Shown here: positions 1-9,690 of the stretch, piece by piece
Numbering within the stretch: the stretch's first letter is position 1
Layout of the letters: every line of letters starts with the position of its first letter
Source: Deltaproteobacteria bacterium
Lineage (GTDB): Bacteria; Desulfobacterota; Desulfobulbia; Desulfobulbales; SURF-16
Direction of reading: 5' to 3'
Assembly (NCBI GenBank): GCA_029933005.1
Contig: JAOZOY010000005.1
Coordinates: forward strand, 10,940 to 74,939
Length of the DNA: 64,000 nucleotides
Notes under the pieces: model-generated
What the model was told of the DNA's origin: nothing
Database searches by the model: none
What the model saw: only the letters and a program-made list of their open reading frames with translations
Made by a program: the position numbers and the translations under genes

Positions 1-1
1 A

Positions 2-406
2 ACCAAAACTCCCACTCAACTTGTCTGTATTTTTTCATCCAGCCTGGAACTGGTGGATCAGACTGTCCGGCAGGCTGTCATGTTCCTGAAGGAGCAAAAC
101 TCCCAGATTAAGATTTTTGGTTTTACACTCATCCTGCGCGAGGCCCTGAATAACGCCGTTCTACACGGCAACAAAGGTAACATTGACTGCTGGGTGAAAT
201 TCAATCTGACAGTTGACGGCAAAATTCTTAAAATGACCGTAACCGATCAAGGCAAGGGTTTTGACTGGCGAGAAAGGCTCAAATACCAAGAGGCAAGCCC
301 GGACCAGATCAGCGGCAGGGGTTTAATCCTGATTCGATCCTATGGTTATAACCTCTCTTTTAATGATTCAGGCAACAGGCTGAAATTGGAAAAAGTCATC
401 GAATAA
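2..406 (+). CDS. Anti-sigma regulatory factor / RsbW-SpoIIAB-like serine kinase (HATPase_c_2), 5' end probably outside the window
   Basis: The frame is open from base 2 with no upstream stop. Motifs seen: N-box-like 'EALNNAVLHGN', G1 'DQGKGF', G2 'GRGLILIRS'. Confidence 0.7.
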   Translation, partial: TKTPTQLVCIFSSSLELVDQTVRQAVMFLKEQNSQIKIFGFTLILREALNNAVLHGNKGNIDCWVKFNLTVDGKILKMTVTDQGKGFDWRERLKYQEASPDQISGRGLILIRSYGYNLSFNDSGNRLKLEKVIE

Positions 407-414
407 TTTTTTAA

Positions 415-442
415 TTGACTTGAACAAGTTGAAAATTATACA
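415..442 (+). promoter_or_regulatory. Possible sigma70-type promoter for the first MCP gene
   Basis: TTGACT (415-420), a 16-nt spacer, then TATACA (437-442). It lies about 75 nt upstream of the ATG at 519. Confidence 0.3.
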
Positions 443-518
443 CTTTTTATAAAATTTCGGCACGATTGTTTTTTTTTACAGCCGCAGAATTCAGTCTCAT
501 TCAAGGGCCTAGAACCAG

Positions 519-3077
519 ATGAGAATCAGCATAAAATTTACTATTCCCGTCATAATTTTTCTTGCCATTTCCACGGCCTTAACCGTGATCCTGACAGATA
601 CCGCTGTTAAGAAAATAATACGCTCCCAAGAGAATACAGCCGAGAAACAAATGATCAGTGAGGCCAGAAAAACAGCGAAATTCGCTGTTGCCGCCGTCTA
701 TCAAAATATACAAAGTGTAGCCGATAAATCTTTAAGTCAGGCAACATTATTCACGGCCCAGCCCGGAATCATTGAACAATATCAACTTGCCCAAAACGGG
801 AATATGGATGATGAGAAAGACCAGACCGTTCAAAACGCCCGCATCAAACTTCGTGAATACATCCGGCCCATATACAATAAATACCTGGCGGATTCCGGTC
901 GCTCGGAATTTCATCTTCATTTCCATCTACCCAACAACCGCAGTTTCCTGCGAACCTGGCGCGACAGGCAGACAAAAAGAAATGGCAAAAAAGTCGATAT
1001 ATCCGATGATCTCTCTTCTTTTCGCCATACAGTTGTCGAAGTCAATAAAAAGCATCAACCGGTCCAGGGGATAGAAGTAGGCCGCGGTGGCTTCGTCATA
1101 CGAGGCATTGCGCCTGTCACGGCAAATTCAGGCGCTCACCTCGGCACATGTGAAGTGTATTATTCATTTAACGATATCGTCAAAATTTCGCAGACTGATA
1201 AGAACAACCATTTCGCAGCATATTTGAATAAAGAATTTCTTCACATTGCCACAAAACTGCGGGATGTGGAAAAGTACCCAATACTGGATAATAAATATGT
1301 TCTCACAGCATCAACAAATAAACAACTCACCGATAACCTCATCAACTCCTCCATTCTCGATGCAGGCAGAAGTCACCCGGCGTCACGGCAAATAGATTCT
1401 TATGATGTCACCGCGTTTCCAATCATGGATTATTCAGGGAAACAGGCAGGGGTTATGGTTTACATGCAAAATATCGACGAGGCGCTTCAACACCTTGAAG
1501 AAATAAAACAGGAAGCGGAAGTAATGCTCCGGTCATTTTATGCTCAACTCTTCACGGTCAGTTTTTCACTGTTAATAGCTCTTGCCATCATCATCTATTT
1601 TGTACTGACCAAACTCGTGTCAAAACCGCTCGTTTTTGCCGAGGCATTCGCCAACCAGATCAGCAACGGCGATTTTTCCAAAGAAATAACCTCAATAGGT
1701 CATGATGAAATTGCTCGGCTTATTCAAGCCCTGAATTTCATGGCGAAAAATCTGCGCCATACATTGCAGGATGTCGCCCAGAACAGCGCGATGATTGAAA
1801 CGTCATCGGAAAAACTTTCCGATACTGCCGGGCAAATGACCCGGACTTCCCACGAGATGAGCGCCCAGGCCGTGGCCGTAACCGAGGTAGCAGGACAGAT
1901 TTCCGATAATATGGATAATGTCAAAGAAAGCGCGGAAAACATGTCCGCCAATGCTGTTGTCATTGCCGGAACATCCGAAGAAATGGCTTTCGAGGTCAAT
2001 TCCGTGGCCGCGGCCATCGAAGAAATGTCAGCCTCCATCGGTGAGGTCTCCAAGAACTGTGACCAGGGCCAGAATTTTGCCAACTATGCTAAGGAAAAAG
2101 GCAGTTCTTCGGCCCAGGAGATCGCCGAGCTTTACCAAACTTCCCTCAACATCAACCAGGTTGTCGAGGTCATTAACGATATTGCCGATCAGACCAAGCT
2201 CCTGGCCTTAAACGCCACCATTGAGGCAGCCCGGGCCGGTGAGGCCGGCAAAGGTTTTGCCGTGGTGGCCAACGAAGTGAAGGATCTGGCCCGCCAGACA
2301 GCCGAGGCCACCGTTGACATTGTCGAACAGATTCAACAGATGCAGAAAAAGACGGAATCCGTGGTCAGCGCCATGGAGGAAATTACCGGAATCAATGAGG
2401 AGGTCAGCAAGATTAACACTACCATTGCCGCCGCCGTGGAGGAACAGACCTCCACCGTGGGTGAAGTGGCCCGCACCATTGCCGGCACAGCCCAGAATGC
2501 CACCCAAGTTTCAACGACAATCAAAGAACTCTCGACCTCCATTGACCAGCAGGTGGTCACCTCTATTCATGAGGCTTCCCAGGCCATTGCCGAAGTGACC
2601 CAGACCATACGGGAAGTAAAAAGAAAGGCAGAGGAAAACGAGGCCGGAGCCGGCGAAACAAACTATTTTGCTGCGGAATTTACCAGGCTGTCCCATGAAT
2701 TTACTGATAATGTCAGCCGATTTCAGCTCGGTGAGGCCAAATTTGATCTGGCTGGGGTTAAAACATCCCACCTTGCCTGGCGGGCCAGGCTGGAAGGATT
2801 GCTGCATAAAGGGCAATCCCTGTCTGCGGATGAGCTGGTCAGCCATGAACAATGTGATTTCGGCCAATGGCTGTTTGGTGAGGAGGGCAAAGCGCTGGAC
2901 ACCACACCCGTTTACAGTGAAGTTGTTACACATCACCGCAATGTTCATGACATTGCCTTTAAAATTGTTCGTCTTTATGAACAGAACCGCAAAGACGAGG
3001 CCACTGCCTTGATGGATCAATTCGAGAATGCCAGGGAACAACTGTTTTCCGGCCTTGATGAGCTGTTTAGAATGTAA
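519..3077 (+). CDS. Methyl-accepting chemotaxis protein with a periplasmic Cache-like sensor, HAMP, MA signalling domain and C-terminal CZB zinc-binding domain
   Basis: Two TM segments flank a sensor region of about 320 aa. The conserved signalling hairpin '[36 protein letters not shown]' is present. The C-terminus carries '[12 protein letters not shown]...CDFGQWL...HHRNVH', the CZB His/Cys pattern. Confidence 0.9.
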   Translation: MRISIKFTIPVIIFLAISTALTVILTDTAVKKIIRSQENTAEKQMISEARKTAKFAVAAVYQNIQSVADKSLSQATLFTAQPGIIEQYQLAQNGNMDDEKDQTVQNARIKLREYIRPIYNKYLADSGRSEFHLHFHLPNNRSFLRTWRDRQTKRNGKKVDISDDLSSFRHTVVEVNKKHQPVQGIEVGRGGFVIRGIAPVTANSGAHLGTCEVYYSFNDIVKISQTDKNNHFAAYLNKEFLHIATKLRDVEKYPILDNKYVLTASTNKQLTDNLINSSILDAGRSHPASRQIDSYDVTAFPIMDYSGKQAGVMVYMQNIDEALQHLEEIKQEAEVMLRSFYAQLFTVSFSLLIALAIIIYFVLTKLVSKPLVFAEAFANQISNGDFSKEITSIGHDEIARLIQALNFMAKNLRHTLQDVAQNSAMIETSSEKLSDTAGQMTRTSHEMSAQAVAVTEVAGQISDNMDNVKESAENMSANAVVIAGTSEEMAFEVNSVAAAIEEMSASIGEVSKNCDQGQNFANYAKEKGSSSAQEIAELYQTSLNINQVVEVINDIADQTKLLALNATIEAARAGEAGKGFAVVANEVKDLARQTAEATVDIVEQIQQMQKKTESVVSAMEEITGINEEVSKINTTIAAAVEEQTSTVGEVARTIAGTAQNATQVSTTIKELSTSIDQQVVTSIHEASQAIAEVTQTIREVKRKAEENEAGAGETNYFAAEFTRLSHEFTDNVSRFQLGEAKFDLAGVKTSHLAWRARLEGLLHKGQSLSADELVSHEQCDFGQWLFGEEGKALDTTPVYSEVVTHHRNVHDIAFKIVRLYEQNRKDEATALMDQFENAREQLFSGLDELFRM

Positions 3078-3081
3078 AAAT

Positions 3082-3222
3082 GATCTAATAGGTCTTATTA
3101 TTCTCATTGGTCTCGTCAGTCTTATTAGTCAGGAATGATGCAGACTCGATTTGTCCAATTAACAGGACTAACAAGACTAATAGGGCTAACAAGACCAACA
3201 GAACCAACAGGACTAACGAATT
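3082..3222. repeat. Inverted pair of degenerate 9-bp-periodic arrays (GGTCTnnTn units facing AACArGACy units)
   Basis: Left-arm units: gatctaata, ggtcttatt, attctcatt, ggtctcgtc, agtcttatt. Right-arm units: aacaggact, aacaagact, aatagggct, aacaagacc, aacagaacc, aacaggact. The right arm abuts the ATG at 3223. Confidence 0.85.
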
Positions 3223-3528
3223 ATGAGCTATATTGAAAGAAAAGATGGAATTATTGTTATCAAACCCGGGGTGGATATAATCGCCTCCCAATGTTCTTCT
3301 CTGCAAGATGAACTGCAGCAACTTATCAATGACGGGGAGAAAAAAATTATTCTTGATCTCCAAGATACCCGGATGATCGACTCCTCCGGTATCGGACTAC
3401 TCATTGCCAGCCGCAACAGCCTGCTGGACAGCGGCGGCAATGAAATTGAATTGATCAACACCTCGGATGAAATCCGAGGTCTTTTTACGGCCATGCGCCT
3501 GGATCATCATTTTACTATCACAAGTTAA
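3223..3528 (+). CDS. STAS-domain anti-sigma-factor antagonist (SpoIIAA/RsbV-like)
   Basis: 101 aa. The motif 'MIDSSGIGLLI' is the typical STAS phospho-serine loop region. Confidence 0.85.
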   Translation: MSYIERKDGIIVIKPGVDIIASQCSSLQDELQQLINDGEKKIILDLQDTRMIDSSGIGLLIASRNSLLDSGGNEIELINTSDEIRGLFTAMRLDHHFTITS

Positions 3529-3569
3529 TTTGAAATCCATGACAACACCGAATTTGACAGGAAAACCGC

Positions 3570-6500
3570 ATGGCGATGATCGATGATGAAGAAACGTTAC
3601 TGGCCTTTGTAGAAGAATCAAAGGAGCATATGGACGGCATTGAAACCGATCTTCTGGCCATAGAAGAAGACGGCGCCGACATTGATTCAGAGCTGGTGAA
3701 CAAAGTTTTTCGAGCCGTGCATTCCATTAAGGGCGGGGCCGGTTTTCTTGGCCTTGACAACGTCAAGGAAGTGGCCCATGCCGGCGAGAATCTGCTGAAT
3801 ATGGTCCGTAATGGGGAGATGGTTCCCACGCCGGAGTTGATTACTGTCCTGCTCGAGGCCTTTGACCTGCTTAATTCCATGCTTAACTCACCGGCGACAA
3901 GCAATGACGTGGATATATCGGAGCAGATTTCAGCCTTGAAAAATGCGCTTAAACCTGCTCTCAGCCAGGAGGAGAAGTCAACCCCGACCAACGAAATAGG
4001 TCTCGGCACACCTGATGCCCCCAACCTTTTCACACTGGACAGTCTTGATGTTGCCCTGAGTTTCAAAGGAGGAAATAATCTTTATATTCTCGTTTATGAT
4101 CTGATTGAAGACATTGAAAAAAAAGACAAGACTCCCCTGGAGGTCGTTACCGAGCTTCAGCAGACAGGGAATATTGTCGACAGCAAAGTCGACATTGAGG
4201 CAGTGGGCAAACTTGAAGACGACCCGGGAGAGAGACGTGTTCCGTTCTACGTCCTGTTTGCAACCATCATGGAAGGAGATATCCTGGGCACTTTTATAGG
4301 TCTGGATGATTCCTGCATCCATCTCATTTCTCCGGAGTCCTTGACCCAGCCTCAAACCGGGGAACCAATTCCAGTCAAGGAAGAAGCAACCCCCACTTCA
4401 GTTGAAACTACACCACCGGAACCAGCCGTATCAATATCAGCGCCGCCAGCCAAGGCAGTAGCTAAAGACATTGCCGAAAAGAAAAAATCGGCGCCGGTCA
4501 AATCTATGGCCAGGGACAGCAGCCTGCGGGTCAATGTCAAGATTCTCGATAACCTGATGACCTTGGCCGGTGAACTGGTATTGACCCGAAACCAGCTGGT
4601 GCAGGCTGTTTCCTCCCAAAACAAACAGGGGATTGATACGGTTTCCCAGCGTCTGAACATGGTAACCTCGGAGCTGCAGGAATCCATCATGTCCACCCGC
4701 ATGCAGCCCATCGGCAATATTTTTAATAAATTCAAGCGGGTGGTCCGGGATCTCTCAAAATCTCTCTCCAAGGAAATCAACCTGATTATCGAAGGGGAGG
4801 AAGTGGAGCTGGATAAAACTATTATCGAGGCCATTGGTGATCCCTTGACTCATCTGGTGCGAAATTCGGTGGACCACGGCATTGAACAGCCCGAGACCAG
4901 AGTCGTGAACGGCAAGGATGCTCATGGCCTGCTGCGGCTCTCTGCCTATCATGAAGGTGGGCAGGTGATCATTGCCATTAAAGATGACGGGGCCGGTATC
5001 AACACGGAAAAACTTAAGGAAAAAGTCCTGTCCCAGAACCTGATGGAACAGAGTCAGATCGACGCCATGTCAACCAAAGAGCTGGCCAGACTGATTTTCA
5101 TGCCGGGCCTTTCAACCGCAGCCGAAGTGACCGATGTCTCCGGCCGCGGGGTGGGCATGGATGTGGTCAACACCAACCTTACCGAACTCGGCGGTATCAT
5201 AGATATAGACACGGCAATGGGCAAGGGGACCACGATTACCATCAAGTTGCCCCTGACCCTGGCCATCATCCCCAGCCAGATCATCACCTGTGGCAAGGAA
5301 CGTTTTGCCATTCCCCAGGTCAACCTGGTTGAATTGGTCCGTATACCGGCGGCCCAGGTCAAGGAGCGGATTGAAAAAATCGGCTCCGCCCTGGTTATGC
5401 GGCTGCGGGGTGAACTTCTGCCACTGATTCGTCTTACTGATGCCCTGGGCATTGAGAGGGTTTATATTGATTCTCTCACTCTTGAGGAAAAGCCGGACCG
5501 GCGGACGCAGATCGAGGACCGGCGTGGTATTCACAGGGAATGGGATGAAAAGCCGATTCAAGAAAATGAAGAGAACAGCGAACCGGCGGAGGAGAGGCGT
5601 CAAAGCAGCGAACGGCGAACAAACCCAATAAGCGCCTATAACATTGTTGTTCTTTCCGCCGGGGATTTCCATTACGGACTCATTGTCGACCGGTTGCTGG
5701 ATTCGGAGGAGATTGTCGTCAAACCTCTGGGCGGCCATCTCAGAGATTGTAAAGCCTATGCCGGTGCCACCATCCAGGGTGACGGCCGTATTGCCATGAT
5801 TCTCGATGTTGTGGGATTAAGCAAACTGATGAACCTGACAACGGTTGCTGAAAAAGTTAGGAACCAATTGCAGGAACAGGAGCAAAAGAAAAAGGGAGGC
5901 GAGGATTCCCAGACCCTGCTCATTGTCCGGAATGCGGAAGACGAACAAATGGCCATTCCCCTGGGGTTGGTTTCCCGTATTGAAAAAATCAGTTCGAATG
6001 ATATTGAGATCACCGGCGGCCGGAAAAATATTCAATACCGGGGCGGCAGCCTGCCGCTCTTCAATGTGGATGAAGTGGCCAATGTGGGCATGCGGGACGA
6101 AGAGGCGGAAAGCTGTTATGTCGTTGTGTTTCCGATAGCCGGCAAGGAGGTCGGCATCATGATGTCCGAGATTGTCGACATTCTTGACACCAATGAAAAG
6201 GTCGATGACATCACCCATCGCCAACCCGGCATCCTCGGTTCCATGATCATTTTTGACAAGATCACCCTGTTGGTAGATCTTTACGGCGTGGTAACAACCG
6301 TTATGCCGGAATGGGCGGGGATTGCGGCCCATTCTTCGACAGAAGAGGCCGGCGGCGCAAATATCCTTGTTGTGGAGGATTCAAAATTTTTCATGAACCA
6401 GATCACTGATTTTGTTTCCGATGTCGGCTATACGCCATTTCAGGCTGAAGACGGTGTCGAGGCCCTGCGAGTTTTGGAAGAGGAGACGATCCACCTGGTC

Positions 6501-6716
6501 CTCACCGACATTGAAATGCCCAACATGGACGGCCTGGAGCTGACCAGACAAATACGCGCGGACGAACGCTGGGCCGGGTTGCCGGTCATTGCCGTAACCT
6601 CGGTGGCCGGTGAAGCGGCGGAGCAAAGAGGACAGGAGGCCGGTGTTGATGAGTACCTGATCAAGCTGGATCGAGAACAAATTCTGTCTAAACTGAATGA
6701 GTATCTGGGTGGCTGA
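3570..6716 (+). CDS. cheA: Chemotaxis histidine kinase CheA with two CheW-like domains and a C-terminal receiver (CheA-REC hybrid)
   Basis: Hpt 'FRAVHSIKGGAGFLG', N-box 'HLVRNSVDHGIE', G1 'DDGAGI', G2 'GRGVGMDVV'. REC motifs 'ILVVEDSKF...LTDIEMPNMDG'. Confidence 0.93.
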   Translation: MAMIDDEETLLAFVEESKEHMDGIETDLLAIEEDGADIDSELVNKVFRAVHSIKGGAGFLGLDNVKEVAHAGENLLNMVRNGEMVPTPELITVLLEAFDLLNSMLNSPATSNDVDISEQISALKNALKPALSQEEKSTPTNEIGLGTPDAPNLFTLDSLDVALSFKGGNNLYILVYDLIEDIEKKDKTPLEVVTELQQTGNIVDSKVDIEAVGKLEDDPGERRVPFYVLFATIMEGDILGTFIGLDDSCIHLISPESLTQPQTGEPIPVKEEATPTSVETTPPEPAVSISAPPAKAVAKDIAEKKKSAPVKSMARDSSLRVNVKILDNLMTLAGELVLTRNQLVQAVSSQNKQGIDTVSQRLNMVTSELQESIMSTRMQPIGNIFNKFKRVVRDLSKSLSKEINLIIEGEEVELDKTIIEAIGDPLTHLVRNSVDHGIEQPETRVVNGKDAHGLLRLSAYHEGGQVIIAIKDDGAGINTEKLKEKVLSQNLMEQSQIDAMSTKELARLIFMPGLSTAAEVTDVSGRGVGMDVVNTNLTELGGIIDIDTAMGKGTTITIKLPLTLAIIPSQIITCGKERFAIPQVNLVELVRIPAAQVKERIEKIGSALVMRLRGELLPLIRLTDALGIERVYIDSLTLEEKPDRRTQIEDRRGIHREWDEKPIQENEENSEPAEERRQSSERRTNPISAYNIVVLSAGDFHYGLIVDRLLDSEEIVVKPLGGHLRDCKAYAGATIQGDGRIAMILDVVGLSKLMNLTTVAEKVRNQLQEQEQKKKGGEDSQTLLIVRNAEDEQMAIPLGLVSRIEKISSNDIEITGGRKNIQYRGGSLPLFNVDEVANVGMRDEEAESCYVVVFPIAGKEVGIMMSEIVDILDTNEKVDDITHRQPGILGSMIIFDKITLLVDLYGVVTTVMPEWAGIAAHSSTEEAGGANILVVEDSKFFMNQITDFVSDVGYTPFQAEDGVEALRVLEEETIHLVLTDIEMPNMDGLELTRQIRADERWAGLPVIAVTSVAGEAAEQRGQEAGVDEYLIKLDREQILSKLNEYLGG

Positions 6717-6775
6717 TAGCTGAAAAATGATACTGCGATTTAACAAATTTAACAGAATAATTTAAGGGAAATAAA

Positions 6776-7228
6776 ATGACCCAACAGACCACTTCGGCAG
6801 AGGAAGTGAGAGATCTGGTTCTGTTTCAGGTTGATGACATGATCTGCGGTCTTGACACCTCCCTGGTCCAGGAAATCAACAAACAGACCGAAATCACCGT
6901 GGTCCATCGAGCCCCTGATTATGTCAGGGGGGTTATGAACCTGCGGGGGGAGATTGCCACTATCATTGATCTTAGAAAAAAATTTAGACTGGAATCACTT
7001 GATATTAATAAGGAGATGAAGGTTGTGGTGCTGCGGCTGGGTTCGGAAAATATCGGCCTGCTTGTGGACAGCGTCACCGACGTGGTCATGGCCGACAATC
7101 GGGACATTGCGCCGCCGCCATCAAATGTGTCAGGGATCCCGGGAATTTTTTTTGAAGGCATTTACACGATGAAGGAAGATCTTGTTGCGGTTCTCAATGT
7201 CGACGAGTTGCTGCGGACAGGGGAGTAG
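6776..7228 (+). CDS. cheW: Chemotaxis coupling protein CheW
   Basis: 150 aa with 'VMNLRGEIATIIDLRKKF', typical of CheW. Confidence 0.9.
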   Translation: MTQQTTSAEEVRDLVLFQVDDMICGLDTSLVQEINKQTEITVVHRAPDYVRGVMNLRGEIATIIDLRKKFRLESLDINKEMKVVVLRLGSENIGLLVDSVTDVVMADNRDIAPPPSNVSGIPGIFFEGIYTMKEDLVAVLNVDELLRTGE

Positions 7229-7245
7229 GATAAGGGGCAATATAT

Positions 7246-7326
7246 TGTAGGTTGGGTTGAGTCTTTCGAAACCCAACATTTACGGCATGTTGTTGGGTTT
7301 CGAAACTGCACTCAACCCAACCTACA
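7246..7326. repeat. Nested palindromic element of the GTAGGTTGGGTT / AAACCCAACA family (REP/MITE-like)
   Basis: Outer arms tgtaggttgggttgag (7246-7261) and ctcaacccaacctaca (7311-7326). Inner arms tttcgaaacccaaca (7264-7278) and tgttgggtttcgaaa (7291-7305). Confidence 0.85.
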
Positions 7327-7351
7327 CATTTTTTACTGTCTCCCGGTTTTT

Positions 7352-7396
7352 AACCATTTTAACCATTTCAACCAACTCAACCAATAAAACCAATAT
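7352..7396 (+). repeat. Five tandem 9-bp AACCAnnnn units directly abutting the MCP start codon
   Basis: Units aaccatttt, aaccatttc, aaccaactc, aaccaataa, aaccaatat, followed by t and the ATG at 7398. Confidence 0.85.
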
Positions 7397-7397
7397 T

Positions 7398-9128
7398 ATG
7401 ACTATCAAACTGAAACTCGGAATCGCAATAGGAAGTCTTTCTTTGATTATTATCGGCATGTTCCTTGCCACTTGGCTGACAACATCGGCCGGCAAGGACG
7501 CTGGACTGATTATCAACCTGGCCGGTCGTCAACGCATGCTTTCCCAGAAACTGACCAAGGAAGTCCTGGCCCTGGAATTGGAGCGCCTGAAAAACGGTAC
7601 TGTTTCTTCAGAACAAATCAAAACTGTCAAAAATACCATGCAGATTTTCAGCATGACACTTGACGCTTTGCACAATGGCGGTAAGGCACCGCTCAGCCTG
7701 GATCTCGACAAGACAGAATATCGCCAATGCCCGCCGGCCACAGAGCCTGCGGCAAGTCAGCTCGGTAAGGTCGCCTCCCTGTGGAAATCCTTCTCCTCTC
7801 ACACTGAGTCCCTGCTGACCGGCAACAGTGAAACGGGCTCTCATTTAAAGTGGCTGCAGGACAACAACATCACTCTTCTCAAGGAAATGAACAGCGCTGT
7901 AGGGATGATGCAGACACAGTCGGAACAACTCATTAAAACATTGCTGAGCCGGCAGCTTATCGGCATTGCTATCGGCATTTTTTTCATGATTTTTGCCGGA
8001 TACACGGTCATGAAGGTTCTCAATCGTCTCCAGAAGGTCAATGCTTTTGCTTCCAGACTGGGGAATGGCGATCTTTCCGCCAGGGCCGGTTTTTCTAGTA
8101 ATGATGAACTTGGCGCCATCGGTAAAAATCTTGATACCACCAGTGAAAATCTGGCGAAAATGTTTCAGGAAATCATGGCCGGCTCAAATTCTCTTGCCAG
8201 TAATGCCGAAGAGCTGACGAAACTCTCCGGCCAGATGTCTACGGTCAGCTCTGCTGTTTCGGAAAAATCTGATTCCGTGACCTCGGCCACCACGGAGATG
8301 AGCGGTAACATGTCTGAAGTTGCCGTTACCACGGATGAGATGAATCAACAGGTCAGCCAGGTTTCCATATCCAGCCAGGAGGCCGCCCAGAATATCAGCA
8401 CCATGGCCGCTGCCGCAGAAGAGATGAGCGCCACAGTCGCTGATATTGCCGCCAATACGGAACAGGCCCGAACCGTGACCAACGAGGCCATGGCCAATGT
8501 GGAAAACGCCTCGGAACGGGTGGATGAACTTGGTGGCGCGGCCAGGGAGATCGACCAGATCAGCGATGTTATCGTTGAAATTGCCGAACAGACGAAGCTG
8601 CTGGCTCTCAACGCGACCATTGAGGCGGCCCGGGCTGGTGAGGCAGGCAAAGGTTTTGCCGTGGTCGCCAACGAGATTAAAGAACTGGCCGCCCAGACAA
8701 ACAATGCCGTTATCGAAATACGCCAGAAAGTGGAAGCCATGCAGAATTCTACTGACAATACAATCCAGGAAATTACGGGAATCCAAAGCGTCATGGATCA
8801 GGTCAATGAGATTGTCGTCAATATTGCCGGTGCTGTTGAGGAACAATCCGTTACCACACAGGATGTTGCCAGAAATATCAGCGAGGCGGTTAGCAGTGTT
8901 CAGCTGATGAGCGACAGCGCAGCCGTGGCCGCCAATGGCGTTGAAGATATTGTTGTCACGGTCACTCGGTCGGCGGAGTCGGCAAAATCCATTGCCTTTG
9001 ATATTGAAGATATCAACCAGTCTTCGACAGCGGCCAATGACACGGCCGCACAGGTTAACGAGCTGGCCCGGGAACTCAATAGCCTGGGAGGGAATCTCAA
9101 GGAAATGGTGAGCCGTTTTAAATTATAA
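7398..9128 (+). CDS. Methyl-accepting chemotaxis protein with a PilJ/NarX-type N-terminal sensor
   Basis: The start was moved from the track's 7257 to the ATG at 7398, because the first 47 codons translate the palindromic element. Motifs: P-box-like '[15 protein letters not shown]', HAMP, and hairpin '[36 protein letters not shown]'. Confidence 0.88.
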   Translation: MTIKLKLGIAIGSLSLIIIGMFLATWLTTSAGKDAGLIINLAGRQRMLSQKLTKEVLALELERLKNGTVSSEQIKTVKNTMQIFSMTLDALHNGGKAPLSLDLDKTEYRQCPPATEPAASQLGKVASLWKSFSSHTESLLTGNSETGSHLKWLQDNNITLLKEMNSAVGMMQTQSEQLIKTLLSRQLIGIAIGIFFMIFAGYTVMKVLNRLQKVNAFASRLGNGDLSARAGFSSNDELGAIGKNLDTTSENLAKMFQEIMAGSNSLASNAEELTKLSGQMSTVSSAVSEKSDSVTSATTEMSGNMSEVAVTTDEMNQQVSQVSISSQEAAQNISTMAAAAEEMSATVADIAANTEQARTVTNEAMANVENASERVDELGGAAREIDQISDVIVEIAEQTKLLALNATIEAARAGEAGKGFAVVANEIKELAAQTNNAVIEIRQKVEAMQNSTDNTIQEITGIQSVMDQVNEIVVNIAGAVEEQSVTTQDVARNISEAVSSVQLMSDSAAVAANGVEDIVVTVTRSAESAKSIAFDIEDINQSSTAANDTAAQVNELARELNSLGGNLKEMVSRFKL

Positions 9129-9219
9129 TGGGGAGAATGGGAAGAATTTAAAGAAGGTAGAGAAGATGCAGAATTTAGTAAAAGTAATAGGAAAGTATGG
9201 AAAAGGAGACGGAAGTTAA

Positions 9220-9621
9220 ATGAAAATACTGGTTTGTGAAGACAATTTTGTCGACCGGAAAATACTTTGCAATTTTTTGCAGCAATATGGAACCGTGGAT
9301 GTGGCAGCCAACGGAAGGGAAGCCGCCGAGGCTTTTGAGGGGGGGATTACAGAACAAGAACGGTATCATCTGGTCCTGCTGGATATCAACATGCCGGAGA
9401 TGAATGGCCACGAGGTTTTGAAGGCCATCCGGAATCTGGAAAAAGAAATAGGGGCCGTCTCGAGCAGTCATGCTGTTGTTATCATGACCACATCGGCGGA
9501 AGATCCTGTGACCATCCTCAGATCATTCAGGGAGCAATGCGACGGCTACATCAAGAAGCCCGTAACAAAAGAAAAACTGAAAACAGAACTGGCTAAATAT
9601 AAATGTTTTAACACCATTTAG
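9220..9621 (+). CDS. Single-domain response regulator (CheY-like)
   Basis: 'MKILVCEDN', 'LVLLDINMPEMNG' and 'YIKKP' are REC hallmarks. Confidence 0.85.
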   Translation: MKILVCEDNFVDRKILCNFLQQYGTVDVAANGREAAEAFEGGITEQERYHLVLLDINMPEMNGHEVLKAIRNLEKEIGAVSSSHAVVIMTTSAEDPVTILRSFREQCDGYIKKPVTKEKLKTELAKYKCFNTI

Positions 9622-9690
9622 TCGGGTTGGTCTTATTGATCCAGTTGATTCGGTTGATCCGGTTGGTCCGGCCAATTCGACCAACTAGAT
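9622..9690. repeat. 9-bp-periodic array between convergent genes, with an internal 7-bp hairpin
   Basis: Units tcgggttgg, tcttattga, tccagttga, ttcggttga, tccggttgg, tccggccaa, ttcgaccaa. Stem gttggtc (9662-9668) pairs with gaccaac (9679-9685). Confidence 0.75.

Noticed and set aside
1724-2598. Multiple 75-119 aa ORFs on both strands inside the first MCP signalling domain (for example 1724-2083 minus and 2208-2507 minus)
   Set aside because: They lie wholly inside a well-supported MCP gene. They arise because the Ala/Glu/Thr-rich coiled-coil coding sequence lacks stops in other frames. Their products are low complexity.
3085-3363. 92-aa minus-strand ORF containing 'LVLLVLLVLLALLVLLVLL'
   Set aside because: It is a translation of the 9-bp repeat array, and it overlaps the STAS gene on the opposite strand.
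7257-7397. The track's longer start for the second MCP (47 extra residues, '[23 protein letters not shown]...')
   Set aside because: The extension translates the palindromic element and the 9-bp array. ATG 7398 gives a normal N-terminus followed by a TM segment.
8184-8907. 220-aa and 149-aa antisense ORFs and a 136-aa sense-shifted ORF inside the second MCP
   Set aside because: This is the same shadow-ORF effect within a conserved MCP hairpin region. No start signals are present.
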